A stretch of DNA of 64,000 nt from Lepidodermella squamata (Eukaryota > Animalia > Gastrotricha). Position numbers and translations under genes: made by a program. The stretch is taken from NCBI GenBank assembly GCA_047495785.1, contig JBLDXI010000017.1, positions 1 through 64,000 on the forward strand, written 5' to 3'. Position 1 is the first letter of the stretch. Each line of letters opens with the position of its first letter. Below, piece by piece: positions 35,862-48,500 of the stretch. The notes beneath the pieces were generated by a model. It did not search any database, had not been told where the DNA came from, and saw only the letters and a list, made by a program, of their open reading frames with translations.

Positions 35862-36219
35862 ATCAAGTCCACATAATTTGCATAATTTGCAATTTAACTT
35901 AAGGTTGTGGGTAATCTGCCATGAAATGTATACCGATATTATATATTTTTTCATCGTTCAATTCAATGCTGCACTTTGCGATGTTTTTCTTCGGTGGAAG
36001 GGAGCAACATAAATCTACTACCCGAATGTGAAATGGGTGCTAAGGGTTGTGAGTAATACGTGAGTAATACGTGAGTAGGTTTTTACTGTTATCCATTCCA
36101 TTCATAGAGCAGGTGGTTAAACAATGCCGCGCTCCCACCAACACTCGACCCTTATGTTCCTACGTCGCACTAAAATGCGTTTGCCATAATATCACTCATT
36201 GTATTAAGCAAGCTATAGA

Positions 36220-36375
36220 ATGCTAACAAACGTCTTGCGGATATTGTTTTTCTTCGTTCTTTCAAATCTCGTCACTGCTCTTCAATCTAATGAATCGTCT
36301 GAAATGATTGATACGTACCGCGAGATCGAAATAACTCATGGCAAAGCGCTTGGTGAAATCTACATCAACATGTGA
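36220..36375 (+). CDS. Small secreted peptide 2 (51 aa; not in ORF track)
   Basis: MLTNVLRILFFFVLSNLVTALQSNESSEMIDTYREIEITHGKALGEIYINM*; shares Y-x-E-[VI]-EIT-x-G-x-x-L with peptide 1. Confidence 0.45.
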   Translation: MLTNVLRILFFFVLSNLVTALQSNESSEMIDTYREIEITHGKALGEIYINM

Positions 36376-37351
36376 CACGGGAAACTGGAAAGAACTAGCT
36401 GACAAAAGCTGCAAACTTCTGTTATTCTAGCCATACCGCATTTATCACTATATGAACAAGATTATCCTGAACGTTTATTAAAAACTGAACAGGATTGAAA
36501 AGTGGCTCCTGAATCTTTTGTTAAAATGACTGTTGTTCTCAGCTGTCTTGAGGCATCCATCTTGATGGGTCCAATAAACTGTGACCGATTTCTTAGATCA
36601 TATCTTGAATCCAATAACTAATTATTTCTGCGAAGTCAGTGAAGGTAATTTCATCTCCTGGAGCCAAAGCCAATGGCATTAGCATCGATATTTAAGGTAT
36701 TTATCCAAGCCAAAAACCTTAATTGGAATTTGAACCTTAATTTAGGGTTAAATTCTGGTTTTTGGCTTGGTCACTTCCGGTTTACCCAGCGGTTCCCAAA
36801 ATTTGTGTATCGTATGACACAGTAGTGTTCTATGAGAATGGCTATTAAGAAAACTTGAATGAAATTTGGTTGGGAACGGATGGGCTACAAATTTATTGCT
36901 TGTTAACATTGATTTGTTTGGCTCGAAATTGAGAAAATCGCAGGTGAAATTTAAACTAGTCGTGTGAGCGAAGCGAGGACATTTTCGGAATTTGACACTG
37001 AAAACCGACGTATCAATATCCTCGGGGTCGTTGCAGTAATTCATTTTGGAATGCCAAAAAGTGTCATCGACATTCATTTATGGTAGAGTAGTAACAGACG
37101 TCGTGGCGGACAATTGGCCAAGTCAACAAGTTGTGACGATGGGCCCGGAAAAGCGGAAACATAATGTAAATTAAACAAAAAAAACGAAATGCTTTAAACT
37201 ACCAAAGACTTTAGACACTTCGTTAAAATCACCTTCTATTTGCATAGGGAAAATGTCAACGTCTTGAAGTGTAAAAATCCGATAATGGCTTTTAATTTTT
37301 CCAATATATAATCTTTCGGCCTGCAATTCAAAGTTTCGCAGTTGCACTTAA

Positions 37352-38681
37352 ATGCATTTGCCAGTCAATTTCATTTTCATATCAGCTGTTCTGATAGTCA
37401 CATCTGCCCAGGTGATGAACAACGAAAAGTTCATAACCCCTGAGGAAAATTTCACGACTTACATGGCGGAGAAATGCTGCCTACGCTGCCTCACCCGCCC
37501 TATCATGGATCCTAATGGTATAACAAACGTAACTTTCACTTTTACTCCGTTTCGATTTCAAGGTATCAACGATCGCGATCAAATGTTAGACCTATTTATA
37601 GATTAGCCAAGTAAGCAACATAATTAATCGCCTTTATATTAGATTCAAAGTCCTCGGCCAACTCGAAGCTGTATGGCAACATCCTTGCACGGTATGGAAC
37701 GCATCCCTTAATGGCGTCCCCCGGTTTGAGCTACCAATAGGCGACAAGTGGTTCCCAAAATTCGTCCTAAACAACGCACCCGATATGGAAAACTTTTGGG
37801 TGTTTGATAGGCAGGTTTCATATTTCGATTTTCGACAAAGATACTATTCCTTTTTTTATAAAGTTATATTAGGAAATTGGGAAATGCTCACTACTTCCCG
37901 AGTGGTGATGTCTACATGGCTCTTGTGATGACATACACTGTATTTTGCCAATTAAAGTAATTGCTGATTCCGAAGATTTTAGAAGTTCCTAAAATTGTCC
38001 TCTCTTAGGCTTAGAAAGTTTCCATTCGACGAACAAACTTGCGCGATTGAAATCGAATCATGGTTCAACATAAAATTTCAGAAGTTAATCGTCGAACCAA
38101 GGTCACCTCTAATCGACCCGAATGACCCGAAATTTGTTAGTCCAGGTGATATCTGGAGCCTCGTCAACACATCATCCCGATCAGGCTTAAACTTCTACGG
38201 GAATCAGCAGAGCGCTGTTAGCGGGAAAACCTATTCGACAGTCATTTTCGAATTCACAATGCAACGACGGCCAAGCATTTACATGATCAGCCTTTTCTAT
38301 CCCAGTTTGGCACTTGTAGTTTTACTACTGTCTGCTGGGTTCATACCACCTGAGAAAACAGATAGACCGGCCTTTTGTGTCACTGTTGTACTTGCTTATA
38401 CAGTTTTGCTATCCATGGTGACAGAAGCACTGCCTATGTCATCAGAAATTTGCTACGCTATGATTTTTATGGCTTTTCAACTCGGTGTAGGCGTCGTTTG
38501 TTCAATCTATAATTTGGTAGCATGCGGCATTGCGGCTAAGAAAAATGTTCGGAAGTCAAAATTTGCGTACTTCGGCCTCAGCCTTTCTCGAATTCGATGG
38601 TTTGATGTTGGATTTTATATCTCGTTGACACTGACTACTGTGATCGTAGACAGTCTACTTTTCTTTTTAATGATGAACTGA
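37352..38681 (+). CDS. Cys-loop ligand-gated ion channel subunit, type A (A1), 4 exons
   Basis: Signal peptide, RP motif, Cys loop CQLK|LRKFPFDEQTC, four TM helices. Confidence 0.9.
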
Positions 38682-39333
38682 CGAAACAATGAATAGGCTT
38701 TGCTTTTCGACAATTGAAGGTCATATTGTGCGTGGGAGATGATCGCACGGTTGAGTGCGCCCCCTCGATTATTGCACGGGGTCGGGGCTGTGGGTGGCTA
38801 CTTATCCAGGGATGAAGCTGAAGAGAGCTAGCGAGGAATCGTGAGTGCGTAGGTTTTTTCTCAGTTGCTAATAAGGAGACGTTGTTTTTAGTGGTAAGCC
38901 ATATCTAACCGAACTAGAATTCATTTGGTTAAAAGTATCCGAAGTTTATTAGATAAGAGCGTCCCCTACGAGTATTTTACGTTGGTCAAAAAAGTTCATT
39001 TCGACCGTCTTCTGGGTCAGTTATGTCTCAAGCCTAAAAAAAGCAGTGGCTTACCAAGCGTCGCTAATGAAGCTGTTTCGTGCATCATAATACATTTATC
39101 TCGTAAATAATTTATTCTTGCACTAATAAAAAAATTTTAATTACCAATTTTGAGGGGGTTGTAAATGAGTGGCAGCTATCGAGGGAAATGCGCGGCACTT
39201 AGCGAGACAGCACTGTGTGATACTTCACGATATTCCCACAGGTGCGGTGATTTTGAACGTTAATTAATGTCGGATCGATAAAAAAAAAATATCCAGTATA
39301 ACGGGGATAGCTAGTAATTCGCCTGTGGGAAGG

Positions 39334-40640
39334 ATGATTTCCACTGTTACAGTGATTTCCCTCGCCAGCTTCCACGCGCTGTTAGCATATAATGTACAGA
39401 ATACCTTTATTCCGGTTGAAGATCTTGTTGGTGAAACAATGAAGAAAAAGTGCAACCTTCTTAGCAAATCGCGTCCTGTCGAAAATTTCTACGATCCAGT
39501 CAAAGTAACTATAGGCCTGGTTCCGTTGCGTTTTCAAGGCATCAGCGATCGCGAGCAGCGGTAATAAGTTTTCTCTTATCACAACAGTCATTCAATCATG
39601 CTTACTAGGTTCAAAGTGTTCGGGGAGCTGGATGTCGAATGGGACCATCCATGTGTTGTCTGGAATGTTACAGAGTTCAACGTACCTCAGTTCACGATGA
39701 TAGGCACTGAGGGCTGGCATCCACCTTTCGTTTTGGCGAATGCTCCAGATGAAAGCACCTATTGGACAGCTGAGCGGTGAGTTTTTTCTCGAAAAAGAGT
39801 GACAAATCATCGGCTTTCCCAATCAGATACTTCCGAGACTACGGCAGTGTTGACTACAGGCATTTCGGCTCAGCATTCATCCCGATCATGGCCACTTTAG
39901 AAGCTATATGCCCCCTGAAGTAAGTAATGAGTTTGCTGGAACCCAAGTTTGTAATTTTTTATTTAAGCTTGATGAACTTCCCTTTCGATGAGCAAACTTG
40001 CGTTTTCGAATTGGAGTCTTATCTAACTACAAAGCGACAAATTTTCCACGTGGAAAACAGCTCCCAACTCGCTTCGCCAGATGACACTTCCTTCATAACA
40101 CCGACAGAAATCTGGCGTCTAGTCAGCTCGAGTGCAAAACGGACCAGTATAGTCTACGAGGGAATAGCTGGAGTAATGGGAAACGAGTTCCACAGAGCTG
40201 TGTTTGAATTCAAATTCCAACGCCGATCTTTGTTTTACATGATCAACACGTTCTTCCCGTGTTTCGCCCTTGTAATTCTCCAAGTGAATGTAGGCTTCAT
40301 GCCGCCGCACCACCCAGATCGGCCAGCCTTTTGCGTGACTGTCGTTCTAGCTTACACAGTATTGCTGTCATCAATCAAAGAAACGCTGCCCTCGTCTTCT
40401 GAATTGTGTTACGCTTTCGTTTTCATGGCTTTTCAGATGGGACTAGGCGTAGCATGCACCATCTACACAACTATAGCCTGCGCCCTCGCAAGCGAGACCT
40501 TTTTTAAAAAGACCAAAGTTTGGTTATTCGGCCGTTATATTACCCTCATACGATGCTGTGATCTGTCGTTTTTCACGTTCTTCAGTTTTTTCACGTTAAT
40601 TGTTGACAGTGCGCTATTTGCTCTTATGATAGACCTTTGA
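39334..40640 (+). CDS. Cys-loop channel subunit, type B (B1), 4 exons
   Basis: KKCNLLSKSRP; Cys loop ending LMNFPFDEQTC; 4 TM. Confidence 0.9.
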
Positions 40641-41610
40641 ATCAATTCCAGTCAGAAGGATTTACCGCCCGCAACAACAGTACGATTCGCCAACAAATTG
40701 GTTGAGATAGTTTTCAGATTATCATAATGAGAATGACTAACAAAATTACCGAAGCATATAGTAAAACAGATAACTATTGATGCACTGTTTCAACATTGAC
40801 ATGAAACATGCAATGGTGAAGTCCGGAACCTCCACATTTCTTTTCTCTTTCGATTGTCCCCGAAAAAGACAGATGCCTCATACTCTGACATTTTTCATCA
40901 CCATGCTCGACAAAAGACAAAAGACAATATAAATCCCGCTGATCCGATCCTGTTGTCGCATATTTTCATACAAAAATTGTATCGCCTCGCATGCAAGATC
41001 GCAACTTTTGTTTGCAAAAATATGTTTGCAAATATTTACTTTTTCTACGTGCTAACATCAGCACTTTACATATTGCCGTGGGTCAAACATTAGTTTACAA
41101 GCCTTCGACTCCAGCTTATAGAAATCCTCCATAGATCGGAATCCATAGAAAGATCGCGAAAATGCGAAAATGTCCGTCGCCTCTCCATTCTATCCAGTGA
41201 TACCGACTCAGCGCCCACTGATCAAATTTTATTTTATATGAAGGATTTTATAGGATTTTATATTGCTTGCAGAGAAAATTAAACTTCCATTGCTAAGCAC
41301 ATGACTTCGATGTTGCTTCAACTCTTCCAGTCGGTATTCTCCACTCCAATAATTTGAATTTTCAAATCCTTTCTTCAACCATCCTCAGGACAATATGAAA
41401 GTTGGAGATTGAGTGAAGAGGAAAGATGAACTTCTCTTAAAATTAGAAGTTGGGAACTTCTTTGTTACTTTTATAGTATAACTTATTTCAATATTTTGGC
41501 TTAGCAGTTTAGCAACTTTATAATATAAGGCTAAACAGCTAAGCCAAAAGCTTATATTACCAAATTGAATTCACTAATTTAGCTTTTCATCCAATTTCGT
41601 TGTAGTTTCA

Positions 41611-42916
41611 ATGCATCATTTTTCGTTCAAACTCCTTTTCCGCTCGGCATTCCTGGCAGCTGCATTGGCTCAGCTGACGCCCAGCGATAAGTTCAGCACC
41701 CTTGAAGAGGAGTTTACTAATGAAATGATTGAGAAATGTTGCCTCAGTTGCCGCACTCGCCCCGTTGCCGATCCAAAACAAAAGACGAATCTAACTCTAT
41801 CTTTTATCCCATATCGCTTTGGAGGCATAAATGATCGCGATCAAACGTAAGTATCAAACTGGCGCATGAATTTTTGGAAATATTGAATTTTTTAAGATTC
41901 GAAATTTTCGGCGAAATTGATGTATCATGGAAACATCCATGCACGATATGGAATGAAACAGAAAATGGTGTGACTCGAATCGAAATTAAATATGAGGATC
42001 AGTGGTACCCCAGATTCAGTTTATTCAACGCGCCTGACGTTGCAAACTATTGGGCTTTTGATAGGTTACTTATTTCGTACTAAGAAATTGCGCTCTCATT
42101 GTTTCCCGCAGTTACGTAAAGACAATGGGGAGTGTTGTCTACCTCCCGAGTGGCAACGCTTATATACTGTTTGTCATGACATTCACTGCATTTTGCCCAC
42201 TCAAGTAAGGTATTAACTAGACGGATAGTGCCCAATAATCGATTGTAAACATTACTAGTCTGCGTAAATTTCCCTTCGACCAGCAGACTTGCACAATTGG
42301 GGTCGAATCTTGGTTTAACACAAAGCTGCAGCAGTTCGTTGTAGAGAATCGATCTCCGCTGATCGACCCGGATGACGAGACCTTCATGAGTCCGGGGAGT
42401 GTCTGGAGTTTAGTAAATACATCAGCCCGGGCAGGAGTTAATTCTTACGGAAACTCGTCGACCTTGTTTTCAACCGCTCTATTCGAATTCACCGTTCAAC
42501 GCCGACCATCTGTATACATTATTAATATTTTTTACCCGAGCTTGGCTCTGGTAGTTTTGCTATTATCTTCTGGTTTCATGCCACCCCAACAACCGGACAG
42601 ACCCGCTTTTTCCGTTACTGTTGTACTGGCTTACACAGTCTTGCTATCAACGGTGACTGATGCTCTGCCTGCATCGTCAGAAATCTGCTATGTAATGATC
42701 TTCATGGCATTTCAACTTGGGATAGGCGTCATGGCTACAATATACAATCTGATAGCATGTGGCTTAGCGGCGAAGAAAGACTTTCGAAAATGTAGTATAA
42801 CGATCTTTAGATTTACCCTCTCTCGCATTCGATGCTACGATTATATCTACTACACTTTTCTAACGCTTATGACGTTTTTAGTGGACGTTATACTTTTCTA
42901 CATAATGGTCAATTGA
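41611..42916 (+). CDS. Cys-loop channel subunit, type A (A2), 4 exons
   Basis: KCCLSCRTRP; LRKFPFDQQTC; 4 TM. Confidence 0.9.
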
Positions 42917-42984
42917 TGGCCGACAATTATCAGCGAGTTAGAATCAGTTACAGAGTCCGTTTAGGACTGGATTGTTCTGTCAAC

Positions 42985-43179
42985 TGTAATATCCGGCACG
43001 GTACGGATACCACACGGGTTCGATATAAAGAGTAAATAACAGTCAGGCAGAAATGATCCAAAACTCCTCATTTTATTGTTATTGTGTTTCAGTATTTATA
43101 CTGCGGCACGCAGGCCGCTTATTGGTTGGTATGCGGACCAATCGCGCTCGACTTGCGTGTCGCGCGTCCGCATAGCACA
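42985..43179 (-). repeat. 3' LTR
   Basis: TG...CA direct repeat of 51760-51954. Confidence 0.97.
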
Positions 43180-43331
43180 TTCCCCAGGTGAAATAGTGCT
43201 TTACTCCTGGAAAGCGGGAAAAGCGAAAGGAGTGTAACGGCAAGAGAAAAATTCGAAAATGATATTGTGAGAGAATTTACAATAAATAAGATCACTGGTA
43301 AATATATATACAAACTTCGTGATTTTGATTT

Positions 43332-45458
43332 TCAATAGTAGAAGCGCTTTTTGCGCGGCAGTGGTTTTGGTTCCGCTTCATTGGCTTTGTCGAGCGGAAT
43401 GGCCGTTGACGGTGTTTCGTATCCTGGCGGTTGTGGGGCGGTTGGGACTTGAAGTGTCGGCATTATTGTCTGGATTTGGAGCGGATTTGAAGGGCGATTT
43501 CTATTGCAGATGAGGTAGATGATTGCGACGGTGTTCAGTGTCAGTATGAGAGAATTCGCTCCGGTTGGGAGAATCGATAGCAGCGCTGAGTGGGTGTCGT
43601 TGGAGGAGCCGATTTGTCCAACGTAGATACTCATCAGCTGCGTGAAGAGACCTAATTGGGCCGAGCTGGCGCTGATATTTTCGACGAGCCGCAGTGTTGT
43701 AGCATCATTCCGGTTGAACTCGTCACGCATGGTTGAATCCTTAAGGCTGGCGACGATTTTATCGATATTTTTGCTGTGTTGGGTCGGGTAGTCGCTGGTA
43801 TTGGGGTCAAGTAGCTTTAATCGACCCGACTCGGTGACCGTTAGTATCTCTTGGCGCAGATCCTCGTCGCATTCAAAGGCCGATGGGTGTAATTCGAGGT
43901 CGCCAATTTTAATGATGTGGTTGCAAGAGAGGTGGAAAATGTGGCCACTTTGCGAATATTTTCGGCTAAAAATTTGTTTTCTGGCGGTGCCATTAACGCG
44001 CCAGAGTGAGACAGTCGCCGGTTTTTGAAGGAGGAACGAGCTGTGGTTGAGTCGCACAACATCGCTGGCTTGTTCGCACCAGTTGAACTCGGCTTTCGAG
44101 CTGATAACGGGGTCGAGAGCTAAGGCGTGCTCGGAATCAGCGACGAGGCCGGTCTGTTGTAGCCAGTCTGGTGTCGTGGAAATATCGCAGAATTCAAGTG
44201 GGCAGACGATTTTGTGGGGTGAAATTGTGGTACAGGCGTCGAGACAGCTGGTAGGAAATAAGCGGACGGGCTGGTCTGAGCATTGGATGGCGGACATGCC
44301 GATGTAGACAGATCGCGGGGCCGTTAAACAGCTGCGGTTGCCCAGCAAGCTGATCGGGGACAAGGCGATGATGTTGCAGACCGAGTTTCTTATTATCGGA
44401 AGTTTCGCTCGAATTGTAACGTCGATGACATCGGGTTGATCGGCGCCGGTGATGGACATCCAGGCCGAGACAAACAATGGGACACCCTGGGTTAGTAATT
44501 TGACCGTTTCGTTGTGCCTGGGTGAGATTTGTAGCTGGCGGATGATTTTAGTCGCCATGGCCTCGGTCATTTCATAGGTACCGAACGAGCCATCGTTTAT
44601 GCCTACTCGGATGCGTTCGACATGCGCGAACTGGTCACGCATCGCTGCCTGCTTTGTGAAGTGAAAAGCAGTCAGTTTATTGAAGTTGTGCCACTTCTGC
44701 CGATCGCTGGTGTATTCGCTGGTCAAATTTATGAGCACATCTTCCACGGCTTGCAGACGTTGTCCTAGCCGGTGGGTTTGTTTCGCTAGCAGCATTGTGG
44801 CGTTGCCAATTTTTCTGATTTGAGTCTCATCCTCTTTTAAAGCAGCCGTCGCTGCGTAGAGGGCTTTCTTCGTATTTTCGTCAGTGGTCGAGCAACCGTT
44901 GTGTGAGAATAGTTCGTTGATGCCACGTAGAACTATCGAGGAGCAGATCCAGTCTAAGTCACGCCTGGCGCGGTATCGTTTCCCAGTCACTGTCGACGAG
45001 GCGGTCAGCTTCGCGGTCGACGGCTGGCACTGAGTGGCCCACTGCGACAAACAGTCGAACTCTGAGAATCCGAACGGCGGTATCGGCGTACACCATTTTC
45101 CGAGATAGGCGGCACATGATTTCAACTTGTCCCAAGGCGACGGAGCGAGCGATGTCCCAGTTTCCTCCCAAAAATCGAGTACGTGATGAACTTCCTCCGG
45201 ATAAAATTGGCGAATAAATTTCGGCTTTTGAAACTCAACTTGCATATTCAAGGCGGTTAAAATAACGTCGTCGAACATGTAGACCAGCTGTTTCTTAGTG
45301 CCTTTGAGCAATGCTTGCGGGAAAATTACGTGGTCAGAAGTGAAAGCGTCCGTGTTAAGTTCGATTTGCCGTTTTGAACGAGTAGAGGTGGCTGAAGAAA
45401 TTAGCGAAGCGGCGAGTGAGGCTACGGCAAGCCACAGGCGAAGGCCAGTAAGCGACAT
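43332..45458 (-). CDS. env: Envelope glycoprotein (class I fusogen-like), 708 aa
   Basis: Third ORF before the 3' LTR; signal peptide, furin-type sites RSKR and RYRARR, heptad-like helix, Cys-rich region, N-glycan sequons, C-terminal hydrophobic anchor and short tail. Confidence 0.85.
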   Translation of the reverse strand: MSLTGLRLWLAVASLAASLISSATSTRSKRQIELNTDAFTSDHVIFPQALLKGTKKQLVYMFDDVILTALNMQVEFQKPKFIRQFYPEEVHHVLDFWEETGTSLAPSPWDKLKSCAAYLGKWCTPIPPFGFSEFDCLSQWATQCQPSTAKLTASSTVTGKRYRARRDLDWICSSIVLRGINELFSHNGCSTTDENTKKALYAATAALKEDETQIRKIGNATMLLAKQTHRLGQRLQAVEDVLINLTSEYTSDRQKWHNFNKLTAFHFTKQAAMRDQFAHVERIRVGINDGSFGTYEMTEAMATKIIRQLQISPRHNETVKLLTQGVPLFVSAWMSITGADQPDVIDVTIRAKLPIIRNSVCNIIALSPISLLGNRSCLTAPRSVYIGMSAIQCSDQPVRLFPTSCLDACTTISPHKIVCPLEFCDISTTPDWLQQTGLVADSEHALALDPVISSKAEFNWCEQASDVVRLNHSSFLLQKPATVSLWRVNGTARKQIFSRKYSQSGHIFHLSCNHIIKIGDLELHPSAFECDEDLRQEILTVTESGRLKLLDPNTSDYPTQHSKNIDKIVASLKDSTMRDEFNRNDATTLRLVENISASSAQLGLFTQLMSIYVGQIGSSNDTHSALLSILPTGANSLILTLNTVAIIYLICNRNRPSNPLQIQTIMPTLQVPTAPQPPGYETPSTAIPLDKANEAEPKPLPRKKRFYY

Positions 45459-45539
45459 CGAAATTCGTTAATGAGTAAATATCAAGAAATATTTACAGTT
45501 CGGATAAATGGTTGGTTAAATTTTTCGCTCAAATAAAAT

Positions 45540-48500
45540 CTATACAGTAGGAGAAGAATCTGTATTGTTTGAAGATTGTTTCTTTCTCGACGTTCTGGTG
45601 ATTTGTGTTGTTCGAGTGTGTGCCTTGCCGGATTTCGGCGATGTTTGAACAACGGGGTTGGCGAAAGTTACACGCGTGCGAAGGTTATACGGCTGATGGA
45701 CGACCGTAGCGTCAAGATCTGACTTATTGAGCGAGTAGTTTCTGTCGGAGGTGACGCTAGTTGAGGACTTTTCAGGCGTCGTCACGCTTGATTGATTTTT
45801 CTCGGGTGACGAGGCTGGACGGTGTTGCGGGGCCACCGATTGCGGTTGGACAGGTGGTACAAGGCTAACCAAGTCCATGTCGAACTGGAATGGTGTTGGT
45901 CGTCGGTGGAATCCTGGCGATGCTGTCAAATGGCCAGTGTTTTGCATTCGAAATTTGTGGGCTGGTGTTGACGTTATTATTGGACTGAAATGGTCGATGT
46001 TTGACGGTGCTGACATGGAGGAATGGCGATTATCTTCGTGTGAGGTAGACGGTGCTGGCCCAGTTATTATTGGCGGTGAAGGCATTCTGGGCGGTGTTTC
46101 AGGCAATTCTGACGTGCTTGGGGTACGTCGTCGCGGTACCGGTGGCGTTGTTGGCGTCGTAGTCGCCGGCGTCGCGGTTGACGGCGTTGTACTTGCGGTC
46201 GTTGTAGTCGGTGTTGTACTTGTAGAAGTCGCCGTTGTAGTACCCGAACTGGCCGAGGTCGGCCTTTTCGAACTACGGAGTATGTACCCACCCGACGTGA
46301 AATTGTTGTCACGGGTTGGCTCATGAACAATCTGGCGGCTAAGCGTCTGGCGAAGATCAGGTAACGGCGACGCTGCGGCGGCGGGCGGTCGCGGCGCAGT
46401 CGACGCAGGTGTCGATGCGGCCGCAGCGCCGGGCGGCGCAGTCAACTTTGTAGCGCTCTTTGCCGACGAACGGGCCGACTGCTGCGCTTGCGAATATCGA
46501 TCAGCCGTGGGGAAATCGCGCAACCAGGCCAACTTGAGGCGGTTGCGATGGGCAAGGATATCACGACCGGACAGGTCAAAGAAGCGAATAGCGTAAGTAA
46601 CAGGCGAAACTCGAGCCACGACGGAATACGGGCCCTTGTAGCGAGATGCGAATTTCGGTATCACATCGGGCCGGTTACTGGGCACGTGGAGGTAGACAAG
46701 ATCGCCGATATCGAACGGCTCGCAATTCCCTGAACTGTGATCATAGCGCTCTTTCTCACGAGCACGCGCGAGTTGGAAACGAGCTCGAACGTCGTCGAAA
46801 GCGCGACGGAGTTTGTCATACAAGCCGTAGGCATGATTCTCACGCAACTCGTTCTGGGTCTTGGGCTGGGACGCAGGCTCCTCGGCGGAGCACTGCCAGT
46901 CCATAGCCAACTTGGGCATATGACCCAGCATAAGATACGCTGGTGGGTGGCGATGAGTCGAATGGTGAGACGAGTTGTAGCCGGAGCAGCAGGCCTTGAC
47001 GAAGCGGCACCAGTCGAGGTGCTGGCCGGGCACGACGTATTTCGCGATGCAGTTATTCATGACTAAATTCAAGTGTTCGCAATGGCCGTTAGTCTGCTGG
47101 TGATAGGCGGAGCTTTTAATACGACGAATCGCAAACGCATCAGTCACGTCCTCGATGAGCTTGGAGATGAAGTAGCGGGCGTTGTCATTGAGCAAAGCAC
47201 GCGGGCTACCGAAAATGTAGATCCAGTCGAGCAATTTCTCAATCACGGTTTCGGACTTAATATCCGGAATGGGCTCCCACAGCGTGAAGCCACTGAAATG
47301 ATCAGAAATGATGAGAATATAGCGCATTCCACGACGAGACGTAGGGTATGGACCGGCTACGTCCCAGGTGAGAAGCTCATTCACGTCATGCGAAAAGATG
47401 GGCTCCATCGGAGCACGCGGGTGTTTCACAGGGTGATCACGAATTTGGCACACCGCACATGATTTGACGTATTCAGCAGTAATTTCCTCGTAATTGCGGA
47501 AATAGAATCGATCTTTTAAGGTGGATAGGGTGCGTTCAACGCCGAAATGACATTTCTCGTCATGCATAGCGTGAAGCACGGTGACGATGAGATTCTCAGG
47601 TACGACGATCTGGTAACCCGATTCAGAGGCAGGGTAGTAGCGACACAACAAGCCATCAGGCGCTATGAAATACTTGCTACGCTGCTTTTGATTGTGACGA
47701 AGGCGGCGTTTCTTGGAGCGACAACGACGATCGGCGGCTTGCGCCGAAATCAAAACATCGCGAGTCAAGTTAACGCCACACGGCGTCAGGGAGCGGAACG
47801 GGTCGCCCTCGTGGTACGCGTTCTCGTCGACAACAACGTCGTCATCGAAAGTAAGATCGGACGTCATAGCGTTGATGCTGGCCGGGAGTGGCGTAGCTCG
47901 ATCAGGCATACGCGACATCGCATCGGCATTCGCATGAGTCGAACCTCGGCGCGTTATGATATTCAGCGGATATTGTTGTAGGATCATCAGGTAGTTGGAC
48001 AACCGACCACCGGTGTCCTTCCAGGTGTTCAAAGTACGAAGAGCAGCGGCGTCAGTAATGACGTCGGTGGTAATCGAATTCAAACCCGGCGAGATGTAAG
48101 GCTTAATCTGCTTTAGCCCGTACAGAACGGCAAGAACCTCTCGTTCACAACTAGAATAATTGCGCTCGGCCTTAGTCAGATTTCGAGAACCGAAAGCGAC
48201 TGGGCGCCGGGTACCGTCGTCCTGGTCTTGTTCGAGAACGTAGCCGAGACCGGACCCCGACGCATCAGTCGATAAAATAAATTTCTTGTCAAACTGAGGA
48301 AAGGCCAAACAAGGTGGCGAGATCAACGCCTTTTTAAGCTCATTAAAAGCGTTCTCGGCATCCTTATTCCAGTGAAAGTTGTTCTTACGCTGTAGCTCGT
48401 ATAACGGAGCTGCGATCATTGCAAAATTCTTGATAAATCGCCGATAATATCCGGCTAACGAGGTAAAAGCTCGAAGTTCGCTAACCGTCGTAGGGACGGG

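Noticed and set aside
36049-36077. GTGAGTAATAC tandem repeat (~2.5 units); similar GTTGA repeat near 57488
   Set aside because: Simple micro-duplications with no spacers; not CRISPR-like.
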